Positions 57,478 to 64,000 of a stretch of DNA of 64,000 bases are shown here, in pieces. The notes beneath the pieces were generated by a model, which made no database searches, had not been told where the DNA came from, and was given only the letters and a program-made list of their open reading frames with translations. Source of the DNA: a virus (Duplodnaviria; Caudoviricetes); IMG/VR virus record IMGVR_UViG_3300031813_000004, positions 32,001-96,000 of that record. One strand, given 5' to 3'. The first letter of the stretch is position 1. Every line of letters begins with the position of its first letter. The position numbers were made by a program, and so were the translations under genes.

Positions 57478-58200
57478 TTATTTTGGTTCTTGATAATTTT
57501 GAACAGTATTCTTAGCAGCAGCAAACAGTGAAGCATAATTTTGGCAATTTGCTAACACCCAAGGTTCATGCCAAATATAGTCAACATTGAATTCAATTTC
57601 AACATCTAATTTTGCAACAGATTCAACATCTCCATGATATAAATCTTGTGGATCTTTAGTCGGGAAAACACCATCATAACATGCAAAATATTCTACTCTT
57701 TGTGCATCAGGAGCAGTAGTCCAGTAATATAAAGTACCTGCATAATCTTTCTTAGTGTATCCACCACCATCTGTAGTAGCAGCTAAATTAGTAGTACCGG
57801 TTCTGTAGTCACGAATCATTTTAACCCAACCATGCATAATATCAAGGATAGGTTCACTCCAGAATTCAATGAATTTTAATGATACAGAGTTCTGGTAATC
57901 AATGTTACCAGGTACTGCCCATTTAACTCCACCAAGCCCAGTATATTCAACTTTCTGTAAAGTACCACCGGGAGGAGTTACAGAAGTACATGTTGCAGCT
58001 AATACATTTTGAATGTCTGCTGTAGATGAAAGACCACTATTTCCCAATTTACTGTAATTTACTATCTGTGGGGGTAGATAAGAAAACCAGCAAAAGTGAT
58101 ACCCAGAGAGGTATGGTTCCGCAGTTCCTACATTAGTTCCACCGAATTTTCTTGTTAATATATTTTCTTGTAATGCTGCAAACGAAGTCTTCATACCCAT
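57478..58200 (-). CDS. Tail tube protein (T4 gp19-like)
   Basis: SVTPPG.TL......G.GG....PG...Y...V...F.E.......W, GVFP..D....Y.......L...IEF..D. Confidence 0.75.
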   Translation of the reverse strand: MGMKTSFAALQENILTRKFGGTNVGTAEPYLSGYHFCWFSYLPPQIVNYSKLGNSGLSSTADIQNVLAATCTSVTPPGGTLQKVEYTGLGGVKWAVPGNIDYQNSVSLKFIEFWSEPILDIMHGWVKMIRDYRTGTTNLAATTDGGGYTKKDYAGTLYYWTTAPDAQRVEYFACYDGVFPTKDPQDLYHGDVESVAKLDVEIEFNVDYIWHEPWVLANCQNYASLFAAAKNTVQNYQEPK

Positions 58201-58201
58201 C

Positions 58202-59731
58202 TTATTTATCCTCCAATAACTTATTTATCATACTAAATTTAATACTTCCACAATCCCATATAATAAAGTATCCTTCTTGTCTTCTAATAATATGTTCGGG
58301 TATTTCTTTAGGATCTAGTTCTGTTTTTCGTAATGAAAATCTATGTATTCTTTTATATCCTTTATTATACCAATAATTAATAGAAGTATTATGTTTAAAT
58401 TCAAAACCTAATTTATAATATAAATCACCATCAGACCATCTTCTGTCAGCATAACTAAATATTTCAGACCAAATATAATTTTTTTTAAAATAACTAAGAA
58501 ATTTACTAGCTATACCAGGAATTTGATAATTAGAATTAGAACAAAATCTATTTAATTCCCATATATCATCTTTATGTTTAGATCCTTTAGAAATATTACC
58601 ATGACCAAAAGTCATAACTGAAATCAATTCTTCATTATAAAAAGCTCCTAATTTAATAACAGAGCTATCTTTACCTTGAATATGAAATTTATCCAAAAAT
58701 TCATTTTTAATTGTTGGAGAAATTTCTTTAATAATACATTTTCTTGCATAAATTTTTAATTGATTATTCGATTTAAATATTTGTCTTAATCTACTTTTAA
58801 CAATATCTTTTTTAAATAACCATTCATCTTCAAATATATGTATTAATCTAATATTTTGATCATTACAACTAATAGTTTTATCTAAATGATAATGAGGATT
58901 TTTAGATGGATCTGAATCAGTTTCATCCGAGTGTCTATAAAAACCATCAAATTCTATAGCTATATTTTTATCTGGGATATAAATATCAATTTCTCTAGGA
59001 GATATAATTTTTCTGTTTCTCCTAATAATATTTGATATACCCAATTCAGTTAAAAATTCAACAATTTCATCTTCAGGTTTGGATTGAGTATTACTAGGAA
59101 AACAAATTGGACATTTTTTCCATTGTTGAACATAATTCCAAATTGATTTAAATTCATTATTACAAATTAAACATCTAAAAGTAGCTTCTTCAGTTGCATC
59201 TTTATATTCAGAAATCATTTCTAAATTTTTATTTTTTAATATATCAAATACAACATTATTTATATGATTTTTTTGCCTAGTATCATGTCTTTTTTTTATA
59301 GCACTTTCAGTTTGCCCAGGATTATAAACACCATTTTTTTCAAAGCATTTATCTCTAGATTTTTGTTTGATTTTATCTGTTGCATTAGCATTTTCATTAC
59401 CATGTCTTTCTAAATTAGTTTTAGCTCTTTTTTGTTTAACTAAATTCTCATCACATTTAGATCTAGTTTCTTTAAACTTAACAATTCTTTCTTCACTACC
59501 TTGTGAACATTTTGCTCCACAATGTTTTTGATAACCTAAATAAACACCAAGAAAAGGTGTTGGTTCATTGCATAAAGGGCATATCTCTTCATCAGGTTTC
59601 TTTAAATATTTATCATAATAATCTTTAGCACTTATTTTATGAGCTAAAGTAACATGACAAAAACCTTTAGTTGACTTTATTTCTTTACCACAAATTTCAC
59701 ATTTAATATTCAATTCGTTAGACCCGTTCAT
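58202..59731 (-). mobile_element. Hef/Vsr-like homing endonuclease with Zn fingers and C-terminal GNAT-like domain
   Basis: C2H2 finger CEICG..H....H, EIDIYIP...IAIEFDG.Y.H PD-(D/E)XK-like core, WELNRFC..GIASK..YADRRWS.G.LY..LGF. Confidence 0.75.
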
Positions 59732-59760
59732 TTAAATATCCTTTTTATAAAAATAAACCT

Positions 59761-59780
59761 CATTTTAATTTTGTTCTTAA
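59761..59780 (-). promoter_or_regulatory. Putative late promoter (AGAACA box)
   Basis: TTAAGAACAAAATTAAAATG at head of the minus-strand tail operon. Confidence 0.45.
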
Positions 59781-59802
59781 TTATCTTAAAGATGACTAAG
59801 AA

Positions 59803-59838
59803 TTTAAGGATTCATTCCCTTGCTATATATATTAATTA
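59803..59838 (+). promoter_or_regulatory. Bipartite promoter-like motif, copy 2
   Basis: TTTAAGGATTC-N9-CTATATATATTAATTA upstream of the + strand accessory operon. Confidence 0.65.
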
Positions 59839-59880
59839 ATAAGATATTAATTCAATTAAATTTTATAAGGGGGATTTAAT

Positions 59881-60159
59881 ATGAAACATATGTTGAAAAA
59901 TATCACAGGAGAGAAAAAAGAAATGATTGATAACATTATCAAGAAAAATAACAACCCTCATATCATTAATGAATATGTAAAATTTAACAAATTTAATGAT
60001 GAAATGGTAGTTACGATAGATGGTTGTTTTAATAGTACTGACCTTCGTTGTATTGCAGATATAATGGATGTACTCAATAAAGAAAATACAAAGGAGATAA
60101 GCAATGAAAAGACTACTTTTAATAGCATACGTAATCTTAACAGCATTAATCTTTTATAG
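59881..60159 (+). CDS. Hypothetical protein
   Basis: AAGGGGG SD, ORF. Confidence 0.5.
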   Translation: MKHMLKNITGEKKEMIDNIIKKNNNPHIINEYVKFNKFNDEMVVTIDGCFNSTDLRCIADIMDVLNKENTKEISNEKTTFNSIRNLNSINLL

Positions 60160-60334
60160 TGCTAAACTTGTAATCGAACCTTTAGCAGTAACCCACGACA
60201 TTTATGAAACTCTTAACATTCAAATGTGGGTGACTCTAATAATCATATTCTCAATCGTAACAATCTGGAATCGTTTGGGGGTATTAATAAATGATCAAAA
60301 ATGTCAAAAACATAATAGTTATAGAGATTACTAA
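60104..60334 (+). CDS. Small two-TM membrane protein
   Basis: AAGGAG SD, two hydrophobic stretches. Confidence 0.55.
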   Translation: MKRLLLIAYVILTALIFYSAKLVIEPLAVTHDIYETLNIQMWVTLIIIFSIVTIWNRLGVLINDQKCQKHNSYRDY

Positions 60335-60425
60335 AAAATTAAAAACAATTGCCATTACTTGATGAAATAAAAATACCAATTTTAATTACAATGGAAGAAT
60401 GGTTGAATCAGGGTGGGGAATAAAT

Positions 60426-60457
60426 AAAAATTGAGGCTTATATAGCTCAATTTTTTT
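60426..60457 (+). terminator. Intrinsic terminator-like hairpin
   Basis: AAAAATTGAG...CTCAATTTTTTT. Confidence 0.5.
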
Positions 60458-60481
60458 AAACTTAATAGATAAAGGATAATT

Positions 60482-61198
60482 ATGAAAGAACAAAATACTC
60501 TAACTGACCAATTTAGAATTGTATGGGAAGATCTGTTAAATGAAATGGAACAAGAAAAAATTTTTGATGGAGATTTTTTTAATCGAGCCGCTGCCTGGGA
60601 AATGTATAATATGTTAGTAATGTTTTACAATGGTCCTAAAAGATATTATCATACATTAAAACATATATTAGATATGATTAAAAATTATTATCAATATTAT
60701 AAATCTAATTCAGTATATAATCATAGTATTATAATTTTTTCAATTATTTTTCATGATGCTATTTATACTGAACATATAAATTCAGAACAGGCAAGTGCTT
60801 TATTATTATTTCAGTGTTGTGATATATTAGGATTAGCAAAAAGTTTCAAAGAACTAGTATTTAGAATTATATTAAATACCAAACATTCTGGATATAATAA
60901 ATTAAAACAAGATTTAGATAGAAGAATTGTAGATTTAGATTTAATGGTATTAGCATCAGATAAAGATGAGTATAATGAATATTGTAAATTAATTAAAATG
61001 GAATATATTCATTTAGGCGAATACATGTATTTAAAAGGTAGAAAAAAATTTTTAGAAAAAATGTTAAATAGAGAAAGAATATTTTATAATGATATGTTTA
61101 CTAATTTAGAAATAAAAGCTAAAAATAATATGAATGAAGAATTAAAATTAATAATTGGAGAATTTGTAGATTATTCATTAAAAAATGCATTAAAATAA
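60482..61198 (+). CDS. HD-superfamily phosphohydrolase
   Basis: RYYHTLKHI, FHDAIY, SE..SA, D.DL..L, Y...I..EY, GR..FL. Confidence 0.8.
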   Translation: MKEQNTLTDQFRIVWEDLLNEMEQEKIFDGDFFNRAAAWEMYNMLVMFYNGPKRYYHTLKHILDMIKNYYQYYKSNSVYNHSIIIFSIIFHDAIYTEHINSEQASALLLFQCCDILGLAKSFKELVFRIILNTKHSGYNKLKQDLDRRIVDLDLMVLASDKDEYNEYCKLIKMEYIHLGEYMYLKGRKKFLEKMLNRERIFYNDMFTNLEIKAKNNMNEELKLIIGEFVDYSLKNALK

Positions 61199-61210
61199 GG
61201 AGGTTAGATT

Positions 61211-62584
61211 TTGGATGCAATAGAAATTATTAAAACTTTACAAGAACAAGGGTATGAAGCATATTTAGTTGGTGGATGTGTTAGAGATATGTTATTAGGA
61301 ATTCCTGAAAAAGATAAAGATGTGGTTACATCAGCAACTCCAGATCAAATTATGGAATTGTTTAAAAGAGATGAAAAAAATAAAGTTAAGGAATGTGGAG
61401 AAAATTTTGCAGTTATTTTAGTTAATAAAATTGAAGTTGCATCATATAGAACTGATGTATATACAGGATTTAATGATAAAAGTGTAAAAGTAACATTAGC
61501 TAAAACTTTGGTTGAAGATGTTTATCGTAGAGATTTAAGTGTGAACGGAATTGCATTCAATCCAATTAATAATAAACTTATAGATTATTGTAATGGCCAA
61601 GAAGATTTAAAAAATAAATTGATAAGATTTATAGGAGATCCAAAACATAGAATATTTGAAGACCCAAATAGAATTATTAGAGCTTGTAGATTTAAAGCTA
61701 AAATTGATGGAATATTTGATGATCTTACATTAGAACATTTAAAGTTAATGACTCCCATAGCTTTTCCTCATATTAAAAAAGAAAGAATTAGATTAGAAAT
61801 ATTAAAAGCAATGGAAATAGAAAAAGCATCAATATTTTTTGAAGCATTACATGAAATTGGCATGTTAAAATATATTTTTCCAACATTAGATTTATGTTAT
61901 GGTCATGCTCATGGCCCACATCATAATGAAGATATTTTTACTCATATGATGTTAAGTGGAGATTCTGCATCTACTAAATATCCTTTAATTAAATTAGCAG
62001 CTTATTTACATGATATTGGAAAACCATTAACATGTAAAATTAATCCTAAAACTAATGACTTTTTCTTTTTAGACCACGCTCATGTTGGGGCTAAAATATT
62101 ACAAACAGAATTATTAAATTTAAGATTTAGTAAAGAAGAAATAAATTTAATAACTGGTGTAACTGATTTACATATGAGAATAATACCTGCTGAAAAAATA
62201 ACACCAAAATGTGTTAGAAGAATATTATCAATTTTAAATGAAAGAAATATTCAATATAAAGATTTATTAAGATTAAGTTTTTATGATGGAATGGGAAGAA
62301 TCAGATATGATGTTAATAAAAAAGTAACATTTGAATATTATAAAAAAAGAAGTAAAATGTTTTATTATGAAACACATAGACCAAATCCTGTTCATTACCT
62401 TAGTAATTTAGCTTTAAAAGGGAATGATATAATTGAAATATTAAATATCAAACCTGGAGTAATTGTTGGAGAAATCCTCAATTATTTATATGAAGAAGTT
62501 TTAGATAATCCTGATTTAAATAATAAAGAAGAATTAACTAAATTAGTAATAGAATATTGTGGGGATAAAGATAATGAGTTATGA
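61211..62584 (+). CDS. cca: CCA-adding tRNA nucleotidyltransferase (class II) with HD domain
   Basis: VGGCVRD.LLG...D.D, RRDLSVN, EDPNRIIRACRF, ERI..E, LHDIGK; TTG start with AGGAGG SD. Confidence 0.88.
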   Translation: MDAIEIIKTLQEQGYEAYLVGGCVRDMLLGIPEKDKDVVTSATPDQIMELFKRDEKNKVKECGENFAVILVNKIEVASYRTDVYTGFNDKSVKVTLAKTLVEDVYRRDLSVNGIAFNPINNKLIDYCNGQEDLKNKLIRFIGDPKHRIFEDPNRIIRACRFKAKIDGIFDDLTLEHLKLMTPIAFPHIKKERIRLEILKAMEIEKASIFFEALHEIGMLKYIFPTLDLCYGHAHGPHHNEDIFTHMMLSGDSASTKYPLIKLAAYLHDIGKPLTCKINPKTNDFFFLDHAHVGAKILQTELLNLRFSKEEINLITGVTDLHMRIIPAEKITPKCVRRILSILNERNIQYKDLLRLSFYDGMGRIRYDVNKKVTFEYYKKRSKMFYYETHRPNPVHYLSNLALKGNDIIEILNIKPGVIVGEILNYLYEEVLDNPDLNNKEELTKLVIEYCGDKDNEL

Positions 62585-62723
62585 TTTTATAGAAACTTCT
62601 GTTGTTTGGGGAACTGTATGTTTTTCGTTTTTCTGGAGAATTAAATTTATTAGAGATTACACAGGTACTTTATTATTTAGTTTAGGTTATTATCTATTTG
62701 TTTTATACAATCTATTTAGATAA
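62574..62723 (+). CDS. 49-aa membrane protein (not in ORF track)
   Basis: GGGGA SD; two short hydrophobic segments. Confidence 0.4.
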   Translation: MSYDFIETSVVWGTVCFSFFWRIKFIRDYTGTLLFSLGYYLFVLYNLFR

Positions 62724-62779
62724 ATTTAAAATAATATTTGTATAGAATAATTCTATACATTAACAAAAAGGAGATAAAA

Positions 62780-63541
62780 ATGTTTAGAAAACTGGTAATT
62801 TTGATGGGATTAACTTTCATGTTAAGTGGTATTAGTTATGGTGGTCAAACAGCTTGTCCTCAACATTTTGCTGATGGGCAAGCTCAGGATTTAATTTCAT
62901 CTCTTTTACCAAGAACTAAAGAATTATGTTTTTCTGAATTTGCTGTTAAACATTCAGGAGTTACAAGAACTGCACTTTATGCCTCTGAACATTTAACTAA
63001 AGACCGTTTGGTTAAAGCTAAATCAGTGCCGAGGCATGATGCATTTCATCCTGAGCAAAAACTTCTTTTAAATGAGAGAGCTGAATTAAGAGATTATACA
63101 AGATCAGGATATGATCGTGGTCATGTTGCACCTGACGCAGATTTTTCAACTCCTGAATTTCAACTTGAATGTTTTAGTTTAGCAAATATGGTACCTCAAA
63201 ATCCAACCAATAACAGAGGGGTTTGGTCAAAGATTGAAGCAGCAGTTAGAAATTATACCAAGAGTACCAACAATAGTGTCTATGTTGTAACTGGTTCAAT
63301 CTATGATGCAAATCCAAAGAAAATAGGAAATGTATCAGTTCCTACTAAATTATTTAAAGCTATGTATGATGAAAATCGCAAAATGGCCGGTGCTTATTTA
63401 GTTGATAATGCATCTAAAACAGAAGTACAACAAATTTCACTTTATACATTAAAACAAATGAGTGGTATTGATGTATTCCCATCTCTACCTGATGTAATTA
63501 AAAATACATGTATGAGACTTCCAACCCCGCATGGTAATTAA
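62780..63541 (+). CDS. Secreted DNA/RNA non-specific endonuclease (NucA/EndA family)
   Basis: Signal peptide; SGYDRGHVAP, NMVPQ...NR..W...E; AAGGAG SD before ATG 62780. Confidence 0.9.
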   Translation: MFRKLVILMGLTFMLSGISYGGQTACPQHFADGQAQDLISSLLPRTKELCFSEFAVKHSGVTRTALYASEHLTKDRLVKAKSVPRHDAFHPEQKLLLNERAELRDYTRSGYDRGHVAPDADFSTPEFQLECFSLANMVPQNPTNNRGVWSKIEAAVRNYTKSTNNSVYVVTGSIYDANPKKIGNVSVPTKLFKAMYDENRKMAGAYLVDNASKTEVQQISLYTLKQMSGIDVFPSLPDVIKNTCMRLPTPHGN

Positions 63542-63547
63542 AAACTA

Positions 63548-63596
63548 AAATTTAGGGAGAGTTAATAATAATAAAAAATTAACTCTCCCTAAATTT
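63548..63596 (+). terminator. Perfect 19-bp intergenic stem-loop
   Basis: AAATTTAGGGAGAGTTAAT...ATTAACTCTCCCTAAATTT. Confidence 0.55.
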
Positions 63597-63610
63597 ATAA
63601 GGAGAAGTAA

Positions 63611-63862
63611 GTGAAAAAATATATCATTATATTATTTTTATTTTTAACAAGTTGTAATCAAGCAAATTATACAAATCAAATAATACAAGAAATTAGAAAC
63701 CAATATCCATCATGTGATATTAGTAGTGCATCGGTAATAAATAATGAGATATCATATCATTATATTATTAGAACAATTGACGGAACAGTATTGTATATAA
63801 TAGGAAACAGTAATAATCCAAAAATTATAACAAGTATTAGATTAATAGGACCTAATAGATAA
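63611..63862 (+). CDS. Putative lipoprotein
   Basis: MKK-hydrophobic-LTSC lipobox. Confidence 0.6.
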   Translation: MKKYIIILFLFLTSCNQANYTNQIIQEIRNQYPSCDISSASVINNEISYHYIIRTIDGTVLYIIGNSNNPKIITSIRLIGPNR

Positions 63863-63874
63863 AAGGAGAATTAA

Positions 63875-64000
63875 ATGTCTATCCAATCTAATAAAGAAGA
63901 AAATATTTATATTACAGAAGAACAATTAAACTTAATAATAAAAAAATTATTTAGTTTTAATTACACTATAATAGAAATTAGATTTTGTGGAACATTACCA
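63875..64000 (+). CDS. Hypothetical protein, 3'-truncated by window edge
   Basis: AAGGAG SD, frame open to end. Confidence 0.5.
   Translation, partial: MSIQSNKEENIYITEEQLNLIIKKLFSFNYTIIEIRFCGTLP

Noticed and set aside
1-64000. tRNA, rRNA, introns or inteins
   Set aside because: No cloverleaf with T-loop consensus seen in the short intergenic gaps, and core genes show no evident insertions; a covariance-model scan would be needed to exclude them fully

Overview
This AT-rich window (roughly a quarter G+C by eye) comes from a large myovirus-type (jumbo-like) bacteriophage genome. Evidence: terminase, tape measure, baseplate and tail-tube genes, dense Shine-Dalgarno-led operons, and standard genetic code. 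1-37.3 kb is a + strand replication/transcription/accessory arm. It carries an SF2 helicase, SbcD/SbcC (gp47/gp46-like) split by a frameshifted HNH homing endonuclease, a radical SAM enzyme, unsplit RNA polymerase beta-prime and beta subunits, an AAA ATPase, a vWA protein, FolE2 and a DUF932-like protein. 37.4-59.7 kb holds convergent virion morphogenesis operons. After 59.9 kb come an HD hydrolase, a CCA-adding enzyme and a secreted nuclease. Highlights: (1) A complete phage-encoded ubiquitin-like conjugation operon (E2-like, JAB, E1, Ubl) whose Ubl is fused to two Rho-N/HeH-like nucleic-acid-binding repeats, followed by a second E1-like gene and an HPN..CL E2-like gene just upstream of the RNAP genes. 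(2) A perfect 20-bp inverted repeat pairing a virion gene's ribosome-binding site with its own coding sequence. (3) Two recurring phage-specific promoter-like motifs arranged back-to-back. (4) Six paralogous acidic-leader/TM/Cys-hairpin proteins in the tail module. (5) Three tandem micro-membrane peptides. All family assignments come from motif recognition by eye; no searches were run.
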